Virus record (IMG/VR): IMGVR_UViG_3300029812_000136
From: an uncultured virus (IMG/VR IMGVR_UViG_3300029812_000136)
Taxonomy: Duplodnaviria; Heunggongvirae; Uroviricota; Caudoviricetes
Length of the DNA: 64,000 nt
Strand: one strand, 5' to 3'
Every line of letters starts with the position of its first letter. Position 1 is the stretch's first letter. The notes beneath the pieces are model-generated. The model saw only the letters and a program-made list of their open reading frames with translations, was not told the origin of the DNA and ran no database searches. Positions 34,873-46,003 of this stretch are shown one piece after another. The translations under genes and the position numbers were made by a program.

Positions 34873-37176
34873 ATGAGAGGTTTGTTAGTTAATGGATATA
34901 GACAAGGATCTGTAGTATGTTTATGGGTACGAGGTGAAGACAATAAAAAACATCTTCTCAAAATTAATGACTTCTCTCCCTACTTCTATATTTCAGCCAG
35001 ATATGGTGAATGTAAAGGTCTCTATGGAGAATCAATAACAAAAAAATTCGTAGATGATCCAAGCGATGTCCCAAATGAGCGATTAAAATATACATGTTCG
35101 TTTGAGGCAGACATCCCGTACGTTCTTCGATTTCTCATAGATAAAGATATTACCAAAGGTCTCGAATTTCCTGATGGTAAAACAACTCTCTCCCAAAATG
35201 AGATATCTCCGTGTCAAGTCACTATCGAACCACTCATAATGTACTTTGATATCGAACTCTTACCATCAGACAAAGGATTCCCAGATGTAAAAGATGCTAA
35301 ACATCCAGTTGTCGCTTTTACATTCAAAACAAACAAAGATCCAAAATATTTCACATACATCTATTCTTCCCAAATAAAAGAAGAAAAAATCATAAAGAAA
35401 AATGAAAATTGGATAGTTATTTACGTAACAAGTGAAAAAGATCTCCTCATAAAGTTTGCTCAAGTAATTGATCTCATAAAGCCAGATATCCTCTCAGGAT
35501 ATAACATTCTCAATTTCGATCTTCCATACCTCAAGAATCGTTTCTATCGTCTCGGACTCAACTGGGTAAATGACAAAATATTTGATACCTTCGACATATA
35601 TATTGGTTATAAACACATCTACAGTCAGCCATCTTACCAATTAAAACGAGTTGCAGTCATCGAAGGAATAGAACAAGAGTATCGTGGTTCATTCTCAGAC
35701 ATCGCTGAATCGTATCACAATAATCTTGACAAATTCATAAAATATAATAGAGATGATGTCTATGATGCAGTAGAATTAGACAAGAAACATTCACTAATTC
35801 CCTTCTTCCTCCAGCTCAAATATTCTTCAGGTATTTCAAGTCTCGAAGCAATGTTAAGTCAGTCTCATGAAAAGAAACCAAAAGGAATTTCATATTCAAA
35901 ATTACTCGATACAAAACTCCTTCATATAGCTAAACAAAAGGGGATTTGTCTACCAACTAAAGCACCACTAAATGGTAATGAGATGCAAACATTTACAGGT
36001 GCATATGTATATGTAGCAAGTAAAGGTCTTTATAAAGATGTTGCTGTCTTTGATTACAACAGATTCTATCCATCGATAATCCTTTCATTCTGTCTTTCAC
36101 CAGAGAATGTTGTCTCCATTAAAGACGATGCAGATATAACAATCAATAATGATGAGCCATCAAAACATCTTTATCTCAAAAATAATGAGGGAATTGTTCA
36201 AGCACTAATCAAGGCAATGTTTGCTGAAAGGGACTTAGTAGAAAAAGAACTCAAAAAATTAAAGCCTGGAACACTTGAATATAAATCCTTATCTCTACGC
36301 AAACAAGCAGTAAAAGATCTGACAAATGCAATATATGGTCAATTAGGTTATGTCAAATCACGAGTCTTTAATCTCGAATTGGCGAAGGCAGTAACACAAT
36401 TAGGTAGGGAAGGAACAAAATTTGTCATAAAGATAGCAGAAGAATATGGATATATAGTACTAATTTCAGATACAGATTCAATCTCAATACAGTTACCATT
36501 CGAAAAAGCAGAGGATTTCAGTAATAAACTTAATATAGAAATAAAGAAGTACTTCGAAGAAAAATACAATATCAATGTTGATATAAGTCTCAAATTCGAA
36601 AAATATTACAAGAATCTCTTACTAACAGGTGTGAAAAAAAGATACGCATACAGATGTTCATTTGAGGGAAAAGAATGTGATTATATTAGTTCTCGAGGTT
36701 TCGAAAATATACGCACTGACCAAAGTGACTTTACTCGCACTCTTCTAACAGAACTTTTCGAGTTAGTTCTATATGAAAAGCCAAAGAAAGAAATAAAAGA
36801 TTTTATCAACAAAAAGCTTGAAGACTTCTCTAAGAGACCATTATCCGAAATAGCAATATCGAGAGGTATTAACAAGAGACTCGATTCTTACAAATCAAAA
36901 GGACCACATGTTCGAGGAGCTATCTACTCAAATACGTATCTCGGTACTAATTTCAGGTATGGTGACAAAGTAAAAGTACTTTGGGTAAAAGGAATAGTTG
37001 GTTTCAAACAACCAACAAACGTCATATGTTTTGATGATGAAACCAAATTACCAGAAAAAATAATTGTAGATTGGGAACACATGAAACGTGTTTGTATAAT
37101 TGATAAAGTAAAGTCAATTCTTGAAGCAGTTGGTATAAATTTGGAATCAACAACAATACAAGGGTCATTATATTAA
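34873..37176 (+). CDS. polB: Family B DNA polymerase (RNA-primed type)
   Basis: ExoI FDIE, ExoII GYNILNFDLPYL, region A DYNRFYPSII, region B KDLTNAIYG, region C SDTDS, KKRY; PIP-like tail QGSLY. Confidence 0.96.
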   Translation: MRGLLVNGYRQGSVVCLWVRGEDNKKHLLKINDFSPYFYISARYGECKGLYGESITKKFVDDPSDVPNERLKYTCSFEADIPYVLRFLIDKDITKGLEFPDGKTTLSQNEISPCQVTIEPLIMYFDIELLPSDKGFPDVKDAKHPVVAFTFKTNKDPKYFTYIYSSQIKEEKIIKKNENWIVIYVTSEKDLLIKFAQVIDLIKPDILSGYNILNFDLPYLKNRFYRLGLNWVNDKIFDTFDIYIGYKHIYSQPSYQLKRVAVIEGIEQEYRGSFSDIAESYHNNLDKFIKYNRDDVYDAVELDKKHSLIPFFLQLKYSSGISSLEAMLSQSHEKKPKGISYSKLLDTKLLHIAKQKGICLPTKAPLNGNEMQTFTGAYVYVASKGLYKDVAVFDYNRFYPSIILSFCLSPENVVSIKDDADITINNDEPSKHLYLKNNEGIVQALIKAMFAERDLVEKELKKLKPGTLEYKSLSLRKQAVKDLTNAIYGQLGYVKSRVFNLELAKAVTQLGREGTKFVIKIAEEYGYIVLISDTDSISIQLPFEKAEDFSNKLNIEIKKYFEEKYNINVDISLKFEKYYKNLLLTGVKKRYAYRCSFEGKECDYISSRGFENIRTDQSDFTRTLLTELFELVLYEKPKKEIKDFINKKLEDFSKRPLSEIAISRGINKRLDSYKSKGPHVRGAIYSNTYLGTNFRYGDKVKVLWVKGIVGFKQPTNVICFDDETKLPEKIIVDWEHMKRVCIIDKVKSILEAVGINLESTTIQGSLY

Positions 37177-37489
37177 AAAGGAGGTATAATTAAGTTATGA
37201 TTAAAATATGTATAATTGGAACACTTTCTGTTTTAGTACCTGTTATATCATATCTTTATGTTAGGTATTTATACAAAAAAATATGTTGAACTATTCAATA
37301 GTAGTAGTCATAAAGGAGGAAGTAAAACATGAGTAGTGTATTTATGAGAGTATTAAATAAGAAAGCATTAGAGACAAACAATTGGGGAGCACTCATCGAA
37401 GAGATAGATGATGAATTGTATGAATTGAGAAGAGAAATAAAGGAATTGTATGAAATGGGAAGAGAAATAGAGGAGATAAAGAAGAATAA

Positions 37490-38266
37490 ATGATAGAATT
37501 TGAACTAGAAACAAAGAAGTTTCAAGATTTAGTGAATATAGTATCTATCAATGGAATAATCGAGTATCCAGTACTACAATTCTTCGAGGACAAATTAAAG
37601 TCACTAAACACAGATATTTCAGGTGTTGTCTTTATATATAGTTCTTTCATAAAAGACTGGTTCGCCAAATACACAATTGAATCAATCGAAGTAAATGACA
37701 AAGACAATATTGTGTGTTTTGACTCAAAAAGACTATTAAAGGCAATCAAGTTATTGTCTGGTGAAACAGTAAAAGTAAAAATACAAAAGGATAAGGACAG
37801 TATAAATATATCCACAAGCAAGAACAATTTGAATGTACCTATAATGTCGGACACAATTGGAATAACAAAAGTACCAAGGTTCATTGAAGAGAAAGAAGAT
37901 ACTATCGAATTCAAAGATATAGATTTCATGTTATCTGAAAAGATACCAATTATACCTAGTCAAAAGATTGAAAGTCTTGGTGAAGAAGAATCAGTCTTCA
38001 TAATAAAAGATGGTAATCTTTCCATTTTCCAAAAGACAAATGATGGTTACAAGTTTTCTGACGAAATAAAGAGTGATGTGAATTCAGTGGATTTTGCTGT
38101 TTCAACAACAACATCATACTTAGTACCAGTCTTCAAGTCATTGATAAGTGATGAAGTTGAGATTAACTTAGGAAAAAATCTACCAGTGATACTTTTAGAC
38201 AAAACCAAAGATTACAATATAGTCATTGCACTCGCTCCAAGAATAAAGGTTGATGAAAATGAGTGA
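37490..38266 (+). CDS. pcn: PCNA sliding clamp
   Basis: 258 aa, clamp-like pattern, C-terminal LGKNLPVIL...IALAPRI; next to polB. Confidence 0.8.
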   Translation: MIEFELETKKFQDLVNIVSINGIIEYPVLQFFEDKLKSLNTDISGVVFIYSSFIKDWFAKYTIESIEVNDKDNIVCFDSKRLLKAIKLLSGETVKVKIQKDKDSINISTSKNNLNVPIMSDTIGITKVPRFIEEKEDTIEFKDIDFMLSEKIPIIPSQKIESLGEEESVFIIKDGNLSIFQKTNDGYKFSDEIKSDVNSVDFAVSTTTSYLVPVFKSLISDEVEINLGKNLPVILLDKTKDYNIVIALAPRIKVDENE

Positions 38267-38666
38267 ATATTTAAAGTCTAATATATTGGAAGAAATAGCA
38301 CAACAAGTAATCAATGAATATCCACTCGATAGCAAGATCAAGGAAGCAAAGATTGTCTATCTTTTCTCAACAAGAAAAAAGTCAAATTTTGCTGGTAAAA
38401 TACAAAAGCCAGGAGGTACATGGAAGTATCTTTCTGATTATGATTTTGTTGTCATAATACATCAAGAAAGTTGGAATAATTTCGCTCAAGACCAAAAGAA
38501 AGCACTTTTATACCATGAACTTAGTCATGTATTTCACAAAGAAAAAGACAACAAAATAATATGGAAACTTCGAGTTCATGATGTAGAAGAATTCATAAAC
38601 GTTGTTGAACATTTTGGATATTGGAGTCCAATGTTAAAAGAGCTGAAAAAGACAAATGAAAGATAA
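38259..38666 (+). CDS. Phage-type putative metallopeptidase
   Basis: DFVVII...ALLYHELSH...HDVEEF..VVEHFG. Confidence 0.8.
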   Translation: MSEYLKSNILEEIAQQVINEYPLDSKIKEAKIVYLFSTRKKSNFAGKIQKPGGTWKYLSDYDFVVIIHQESWNNFAQDQKKALLYHELSHVFHKEKDNKIIWKLRVHDVEEFINVVEHFGYWSPMLKELKKTNER

Positions 38667-39695
38667 AGAATATGAACCAGATAAAGATAATCTACTCTAC
38701 TTATACAGTAATGCACTTATTTCTCTGTGGATATTAATATTATGTTGTATAGGTGCATTGTATATTGGATTCTATTTCCATAGTCTTACTCTAAAAGTCA
38801 CGTCAGGTACAATATTGTGTCTGTTCGTAATTTGGGGTGTGTCAATATTTCAAAAGAGAAAAAGAGTATTCAATGATCTATATGGAAAATACTACGATGA
38901 ACTTGATGAGGAGGAAAATGAAGAAGAATGACTGAACAAAAACCATTTCTTGTACCATATACAGATGGTAATGTTTGGGTAGACATAAACACAGGAATCG
39001 AATACATGGAAACAAAAAGAATAAAATGGGAAGATGCGGAACATGGTCTTTGTGAAAAATATGGCAAACCAGTCCTTAAGAACCTTGGATATCCAAAAAA
39101 GGTTTTTATTGCAACAAAGAAACCAAAATCTTTTCAATATGATAGATCAAAATATGCTTCTTTCATGGATGCAGACAAACACAAAAAATATTGGGAATTT
39201 ATACCATACGAACTTGAAACAATAATCAAATGTATGGATAAAGGATTGAGTGAAAGACAAATATCTATGGTGGTAGGAGCACCGAAAGATGCTGTTACAA
39301 ATATATTATATAAAATAAGGGGTGATATAAAAAAACATGAGCGGATTAGGAGTAGTAAAGTATCGGGCAGGAGAACAAATAAAGAAAGTAGAGATAAACG
39401 GAAAGGAACAAGAGATAAAGATGGACGTGGGCGAAAAGATAGTTGCAGTAATTCTTCCTTCAGAGGGGAAAATATTAGCTGATGATCTCTCTAATATTAT
39501 AGGATTCAAAGATGAAAGTAGGACAGTTGTTGATTTTGTGAGAGAGAAAAAAGTGAGTCATCATTATATCGGGAAAAAGTATGTTGTTGACCTAAAAAGT
39601 TTCTGGGAAAAGACGGAGGTTAAGTAAATAACCTCTTCTCCTATTTTTGTTCATTTTCAGGAGAATTCTAACAACTTCTAAGGAGGTAGGATAAG

Positions 39696-40355
39696 TTGAT
39701 AGTTATAGATCATAGGGAGCCTGCAAATTTAGAAAGTTGGTTCAGAGACCAAAATATAAATATAGAACTACAACGCAAAACACTCGAAATAGCAGATTAT
39801 CTCATCATAATAAAAGACAAAGTTGTTCCTGTGGAAAGGAAACAGGCAAGTGACTATATAGATTCTTTATTTACTAAGCATCTAAACAATCAATTATATT
39901 TCATGTCGTACCATTACAAGGAATCCTTTCTTGTTATCACAGGTGATTTCACAGAAATTCTTCTTGATGGTAGAATAAAGAGAAAGCAACTCATAGCATC
40001 ACGCATCTCTGTCGTCACTAAATATGCTAAAGATGGAGCACAAGGTCGAATCAATATAATTCCACTTGAATCGGACTGGGATCTCCCAGAGTGTCTCTAC
40101 CTTCTCCATAAAGCTGTTGAAGAAAGTGACTATACAAGAAATTTCCATCTCCAAGGAAAGAAAGATGATGACAACTGGTTAATTTCAATGTATGCTGGTC
40201 TCCCAGGAGTCGGAACAGAAAAAGCTAAAAGTCTCAGAATCAATTTCCCATCTCTATTATCAATCGTCAGTGCTTCAATTGATCAACTGAAGGAGTCTGA
40301 GGGTATAGGTGAGAAGTTAGCTGAGAGGATATATAATAAAATAAGGGACAAATAA
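39696..40355 (+). CDS. ERCC4/XPF-family nuclease with HhH motifs
   Basis: IDHRE, ADY, VERKQASD, LPGVGTEKA and GIGEKLA. Confidence 0.9.
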   Translation: MIVIDHREPANLESWFRDQNINIELQRKTLEIADYLIIIKDKVVPVERKQASDYIDSLFTKHLNNQLYFMSYHYKESFLVITGDFTEILLDGRIKRKQLIASRISVVTKYAKDGAQGRINIIPLESDWDLPECLYLLHKAVEESDYTRNFHLQGKKDDDNWLISMYAGLPGVGTEKAKSLRINFPSLLSIVSASIDQLKESEGIGEKLAERIYNKIRDK

Positions 40356-40927
40356 AATGATGCTATGTGTAAAATGTAAATATTTCAGGTTGTTGGAAGT
40401 TCCTAATAGAAAATATCTCTTTCTTCCTTATTGTTTAGCGAGTGGAATGAGAGAAAAGATAACAAAAGATGTATCTGAATGTGAATATTTTGAGGAGGAT
40501 GAATAGTAAAATGGAGTTAGAAAAGTGTTTTGAATGTGGTAGTGAAGATGTACAATCGAAAAGTATAGGTAGATATTATATGTATCATTGCAATTTATGT
40601 AATGATTTTGGAATGTTTATCTATTCTAAAGAACATGGAATAGAGAAAATCATCACATTCTCATATTTGTATGTGGTGTAAAAAAGAAAGAGCGGTAGTA
40701 AAGAGATCATGCGATCATACGGAAGGAAAGCAGGTAGGATTAGTTTGTGTGAAGTGTGGAGCAGATTACCATTAAAATGTGAGGAAAAGGGAAAGAAAAA
40801 TGAATAGAATATCAGAATGTATATTTGTAAGTATAATTTTGTTATTAATAGCTTTGTTTCTTATGATTCTTGTTTATCCATTGACTTCTGATTTAGTTTA
40901 TGTATGTAATAACAAGAATTTAGAGTC

Positions 40928-41357
40928 AAAAATAATAACAGTAGAAAATAAGTTTATTGTGAGAACAGGAATTTTAGGTTCTAAAGATTCATATCACTTT
41001 CTTGATGAAAATGGTACTGATTATGGAATTTGGGGTGATCATCGTGCTGCAAGATATACAAAACTAAAACTAAATCAATCGTATTATGTAGATGTAAATA
41101 TAAAAAATGGAAATATTTCATATAAAGAAGTGTTCATTAAAGGAGAATAATAAGATGAGAATAGACGAAATTATTATGTTAGTTGGAATATGTTTTTTAA
41201 TTTGTGGAGTAATACCATTAATGTATATTATGTTTCTTATATTGGATATACAATCGTTTATAGCCATATGGATGATATCTATAGGAATTACATTAGTAAT
41301 TTTTTCAATTGATTATATGAGGAAAAATAATAACAGTAGAAAATAAGTTTATTGTGA
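40928..41357 (+). repeat. 35-bp perfect direct repeat pair (40928-40962, 41323-41357)
   Basis: AAAAATAATAACAGTAGAAAATAAGTTTATTGTGA occurs twice. Confidence 0.85.
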
Positions 41358-41453
41358 ATAGAGTATCAATAAATATATTCATATATAATTTACTCTTCTA
41401 CAATCAATAATAGAGGTAGTGAGAAACTACTATAAGTGTCTAAATGTTAAGAG

Positions 41454-42056
41454 GTGAATATAATAAAAATGACAATATTAAATAGATTTCCTTGTAAATA
41501 TTATTGTGGTAGATGGTTTTCTAATTTTGCAAGTAAGAAAGAACATGAAATGAACTGGTGCCCAAATCGAAACGAAATAAATTTCTATCTCAAAGATGAT
41601 GAATATGGATGGCTAAGTAATTTTTGGAGATGTAATCAAACTGTTGATGGTTTGATATATCCAACAAATGAACATTATTATCAATCTCAAAAAGCAGCAG
41701 AAGTGAGTGAAGAAATGTGGATAATTAATGCACCTTTACCATACTTAGCAATGTGTGCAGGACGATCTCTTCGTGAGGGAAAAGAACTACGTGAAGGTTG
41801 GAATGTGGTGATCTATAAATCATTTGAGGAGGGAGGTGATGTTAATATTGAAAAAACACTCAAAGTCAAAGTAATGCTAAAAGGTCTTCGTGCAAAATTC
41901 AAAAATCCAGAATTACGCAAAAAACTTCTTGCAACAGGAGATGTATCAATTCACGAAGACTCCCCTACTGACATATTCTGGGGAAAGAAAGGAAACGATA
42001 TACTTGGTAGATTATTGATGCAAGTCAGAGATGAAATACGAAATGAGAATATATGA
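41454..42056 (+). CDS. NADAR (YbiA-like) family protein with an N-terminal Zn finger
   Basis: YGWLSNFW, YPTNEHYYQSQK, AKFKNPELRKKLLATG, EDSPTDIFWG..GNDILGRLLMQVR. Confidence 0.9.
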   Translation: MNIIKMTILNRFPCKYYCGRWFSNFASKKEHEMNWCPNRNEINFYLKDDEYGWLSNFWRCNQTVDGLIYPTNEHYYQSQKAAEVSEEMWIINAPLPYLAMCAGRSLREGKELREGWNVVIYKSFEEGGDVNIEKTLKVKVMLKGLRAKFKNPELRKKLLATGDVSIHEDSPTDIFWGKKGNDILGRLLMQVRDEIRNENI

Positions 42057-42315
42057 ATATGAAATAGGAGGTAGTATTTGATGTTGCAATTCTTTGTGTT
42101 TTGGTTACTAATGAGTATAGGAGTTTTTGGTTCATTGTACATTGTCATGTCTCTCAGTAATTTTTTTGAATCTTGTATAAGTGAAAAAGATAGAAGGGAA
42201 AATCAACAATTCATAAATAATTTATGTATATTTGGAATTATTATTTGGTCTACTCTTCCTTCAATTATTGTTTTTGTAGTTTCAAAAGTAGCAGAGATAT
42301 AGAAGAGATAATATT

Positions 42316-43035
42316 ATGATCGATCTTACAGTAATCCTTCCCGTCTACAACGAAATCGAACACCTCAAATCCAATCTACCAAAAATAATATCATCAGTCC
42401 AATCCATAACTCCCAATTATGAAATAATAATAGCAGAGGATGGCAGTACGGATGGTACATCTGAATTAGCTATCAGTTTGGAGCAAAGAAAACCTCGTGT
42501 TTATCATCTTCATTTCGATGAACGACAAGGTAGGGGTAAGGCTCTGTCAAATGCAATAACACTCTCCGAAGGCAAAATAATTGTCTACATGGATATTGAT
42601 CTATCTACAGATCTATCTTCATTACCTCTCCTTATCAGTTCAATCAATTCGGGTTATGATATTGCAATTGGATCACGATATCATTCAGGAAGTGTGACCA
42701 AGAGATCTATAAAGAGACTAGTATTAAGCAAATTATATAACACTTTAGTTCATAAATTATTATGCTCCAATGTTTTATATCCAAAAATATCTGATTATCA
42801 ATGTGGATTCAAAGCATTCAATCGTGAATCCATTCTTCCTCTCTTAGACCAAATAGAAGACAAACATTGGTTCTGGGATACAGAATTACTCGTAAGGTCA
42901 CAAAAGAATTGGTATGAAATAAAGGAAGTTCCAGTCATCTGGTCTGAAAAAGGAAACACAAAGGTACGATCATTTCATGACAGTCTTGTCATGTTCACAA
43001 AAGTAATGAAATTAAGGAAAGCATTGAGGAAATAA
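42316..43035 (+). CDS. GT2 glycosyltransferase (dolichol-phosphate glycosyltransferase-like)
   Basis: VILPVYNE, EDGSTDGT, GRGKA, MDIDLS, GSRY, DYQCGFKAF, WFWDTELL. Confidence 0.92.
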   Translation: MIDLTVILPVYNEIEHLKSNLPKIISSVQSITPNYEIIIAEDGSTDGTSELAISLEQRKPRVYHLHFDERQGRGKALSNAITLSEGKIIVYMDIDLSTDLSSLPLLISSINSGYDIAIGSRYHSGSVTKRSIKRLVLSKLYNTLVHKLLCSNVLYPKISDYQCGFKAFNRESILPLLDQIEDKHWFWDTELLVRSQKNWYEIKEVPVIWSEKGNTKVRSFHDSLVMFTKVMKLRKALRK

Positions 43036-43082
43036 TGCTTCTATTAGTCAAAAATAGAAGGAATAATCAAAAAATATAGGAG

Positions 43083-44009
43083 GTGAAAAACATGAAAAAG
43101 AAAATTACAAAATATACTATAGCGTTACTTTCTGTCTTAGTCGTAATGTCTCTGGTAGGTGCAGTAACAGCAGCGTCTATCGATCTTGTTCATAAGAATC
43201 CAACTGATTGGAGTGAAATACCACCTGCTGCTACTTTGACTTATAGTATGCCATGTGGAGGAGATGATAAAATGACATATACGTTTGTCGCTGATGGATC
43301 AGAGGGATTGTTATATGATACAGGCTATAGTCTAGTCTTCTACTCTCACGATGGAACAGCTACTTGGAATCCAGATACTGTATGGGGTAAACAAGTCACA
43401 ACTCTAATAAAAAATGGAATTACTGATAGTTCTGGTGCACTAACTCTCTCTGGAGATTTTACTTTCAGAGGTAAAGGACAAGGTCTCGAGTATATAGATG
43501 ATGACAAAGACTATGATGGATCAGTATTAGGAGCAAAAGTGTGGCTTGTACCTTCATCGGATTATAGTGAATCAGAAAGTGAATTAACCAATTGGAATCC
43601 AACACAATTCCTCTTTGAAACAGAGCTTGTAACGTGTACAGATATTGATACAAAACAAACAGTCAAAGTAAGAGTTTCACAATCAATATCAGGTTTTAGT
43701 GTGGATCCAACAACATATGATTATGGAGAAATTCCCAGAGGACAGTATTCTACTACAAATCCTGATGGACCAATAAAACTCAAAAATACAGGTACTACAA
43801 ATCTACAGATATCAACAACAGCAACAGGAATTTTCGAAAATATAGAATATAGTCTTGGTCCTGAATGGATTAACGTGAATACCTTCAGTACAGAAGTTGA
43901 TGCAGGAGAACAAGAGGTCATCAGTACACGAATTTGCATACCATTAGATGCAGAATATGGAGATCACAAAGATACTGTAACGTTTGAGTATATAGCGATA
44001 TCTCCATAG
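43083..44009 (+). CDS. Secreted beta-rich surface protein
   Basis: Signal peptide; acidic, Thr/Ser-rich; Ig-like C-terminal domain (DYGEI..LKNTGTTNL). Confidence 0.65.
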   Translation: MKNMKKKITKYTIALLSVLVVMSLVGAVTAASIDLVHKNPTDWSEIPPAATLTYSMPCGGDDKMTYTFVADGSEGLLYDTGYSLVFYSHDGTATWNPDTVWGKQVTTLIKNGITDSSGALTLSGDFTFRGKGQGLEYIDDDKDYDGSVLGAKVWLVPSSDYSESESELTNWNPTQFLFETELVTCTDIDTKQTVKVRVSQSISGFSVDPTTYDYGEIPRGQYSTTNPDGPIKLKNTGTTNLQISTTATGIFENIEYSLGPEWINVNTFSTEVDAGEQEVISTRICIPLDAEYGDHKDTVTFEYIAISP

Positions 44010-44093
44010 AGTAGTGTTTGTCTATCATAAATATTTCAAAATGAGAGAGAGTTTTTTCTCTCTATATTTTTTATCAAAGGAGGAAATTAAAAA

Positions 44094-45005
44094 ATGAATA
44101 AAAAGATAATAATAGTTTTGTTACTTTCACTATTTTTAGTCACATCTGCACAAGCAATGACAAATTATCCATCTACTCTCTCTCTTTCTGGCGAAACAGG
44201 CGAATTGCTCACTGGTACCATACACTTCTCTGATGTACCAACCATCCAACTGGAAGGATATGAAAAATGGACTACTGACGGAAAAACTCTGAACAGGTCT
44301 CTCAATTCAAGTGATTTTAATATTGAATTATCATACCCAAAAGTTGTTGATGTCCAAAATGGTTCTGCTTCTATAAATGTAACAGCAAGAGCCAATAAAT
44401 CAGGTAATTATACTGGAGCCATCTTTTATCGAACAAGTGGTAAGATGGGAATTGCAGCAGGTACATGGATAAAAATCAATGTTGTGGATAATTCATCTGG
44501 ATCTAGTGAAGAATCGTTCAGTTTTTGGCAATCTATCTGTAATGCTTTAAAATCATTTTTTGATTGGATTAGAGGAATGTTTACAACAGCAAGTGGTACA
44601 ATCACAAATACGAGTATTAATGTAAGTGTCAATGTAACATCAACACAAGAACCACCTTCTGGAGGTGGTGGAGGAGGAGGTGGTTCATCTAAGGATTCTG
44701 ATAGTGATGGATATTCTGATGCACATGAATTGATTTTAGGTTCAGATCCGAACGATCCGTGTGATCCCAATCCAAAGTCTACTGCTTGTTTATTATTAAG
44801 ACCTACACCAATACTAATTATGATATTACCAAATCAAACTTTTATAGATAATCAAACAATAACACCAATTCCTTCTTTTGTTACATATTCACCACAAGTT
44901 CCAGAAGAATATCCAACTAAAGAAATAAATTATAGATTTTGGTTATTAGTTATTTTGTGTATCATAATAGTAGGTATCGTTATTATTGTTGTTTTAAATA
45001 GATAG
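44094..45005 (+). CDS. Membrane-anchored surface glycoprotein
   Basis: Signal peptide, N-x-S/T sequons, poly-Gly linker, DSDSDGYSDAHE Ca-binding-like repeat, C-terminal TM helix. Confidence 0.7.
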   Translation: MNKKIIIVLLLSLFLVTSAQAMTNYPSTLSLSGETGELLTGTIHFSDVPTIQLEGYEKWTTDGKTLNRSLNSSDFNIELSYPKVVDVQNGSASINVTARANKSGNYTGAIFYRTSGKMGIAAGTWIKINVVDNSSGSSEESFSFWQSICNALKSFFDWIRGMFTTASGTITNTSINVSVNVTSTQEPPSGGGGGGGGSSKDSDSDGYSDAHELILGSDPNDPCDPNPKSTACLLLRPTPILIMILPNQTFIDNQTITPIPSFVTYSPQVPEEYPTKEINYRFWLLVILCIIIVGIVIIVVLNR

Positions 45006-45229
45006 AAGAAGTGTTACTAAAATGGAACATTAATCATGAATAAAAAAGGAGAGTTAAAACAAACAATAAAGGAGTTATTAGATGAGAAACGTATCTATCC
45101 AAGTATAGCATCTCTAACTCGAGATAGTGGAGCGAGTTGTTCTTGTACTGTAGGTAGTTGTCTAGTTGAATTAGAAAAGGAAGGATATCTGAAAATGGAA
45201 AAACTATCAAATAGAGTTGTGATTATAAA

Positions 45230-46003
45230 ATGTCACAAATAAGTATCTTCTCATTTGGATTAGACAAGCCAGATTTCGATTATCTCTCTCGAACTGAATC
45301 TTTTGTTGCAAGAAACAAACACAACATTCCTTTTCAAGGTGAAATATCAGCGCAAATAATATCATATAATGATCTTCTCTTCTCACCAATACCTCAATTA
45401 AAGTGTATACAATGCGGATTCTACGGCAGAACATATTGGTGCAATCCTAAGTTACCAAGATACTATTCATGGAAAGACAAATTCAGTAAATACAATTTCT
45501 TCTTACTCATAAAAGGGAAGATAAATGTTGAGGATCGTTATAAGCAAGAATTAGAAGATTATAATATTGGTGAATGGAGAGCACGTTTTTATTCTGGAAA
45601 TGAGGGGACGAACATTTTAATGAAACGTGTTAAGGATCGTAGGATGGAAACAAGTAATTATTTGTCTTCTTTTATGAAAATAAGGTTTTTAGGAGAAGGT
45701 GGTGGTTGCAAAAAAGCTGTCTTACCTGAAACAAGAATAAGGACAATTTTAGATGAAAAGAAAGCTTTAGATGTTAGTATAGGAGATGTATTATATGGAT
45801 ATGATATACAACAAAATAATTTTACAGAAAATAGAGTAATAAACAAAATAAAAACAAAATCTAGTTACAAGATAAAAATAACAACTGAGAGTAATAAAGT
45901 ATTAGTGTTGACACCAGAACATCCTGTTTTCATAAACAACAAGTGGAAAAGAGCAGATGCTGTTTTTGTTGGTGATGAGTTATTAGTTTTATCAAATGAA
46001 TAA
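45230..46003 (+). CDS. DUF2284-like Cys-rich protein, N-extein plus split-intein N-half
   Basis: CIQCGFYGRTYWCNP, GGGCKK, then Hint block A AVLPETRI (45716), block B LTPEHPVF, W.RA..V..GD. Confidence 0.85.
   Translation: MSQISIFSFGLDKPDFDYLSRTESFVARNKHNIPFQGEISAQIISYNDLLFSPIPQLKCIQCGFYGRTYWCNPKLPRYYSWKDKFSKYNFFLLIKGKINVEDRYKQELEDYNIGEWRARFYSGNEGTNILMKRVKDRRMETSNYLSSFMKIRFLGEGGGCKKAVLPETRIRTILDEKKALDVSIGDVLYGYDIQQNNFTENRVINKIKTKSSYKIKITTESNKVLVLTPEHPVFINNKWKRADAVFVGDELLVLSNE

Noticed and set aside
37412..37472. 30-bp imperfect tandem duplication
   Set aside because: An in-frame coiled-coil repeat within a small ORF; unremarkable
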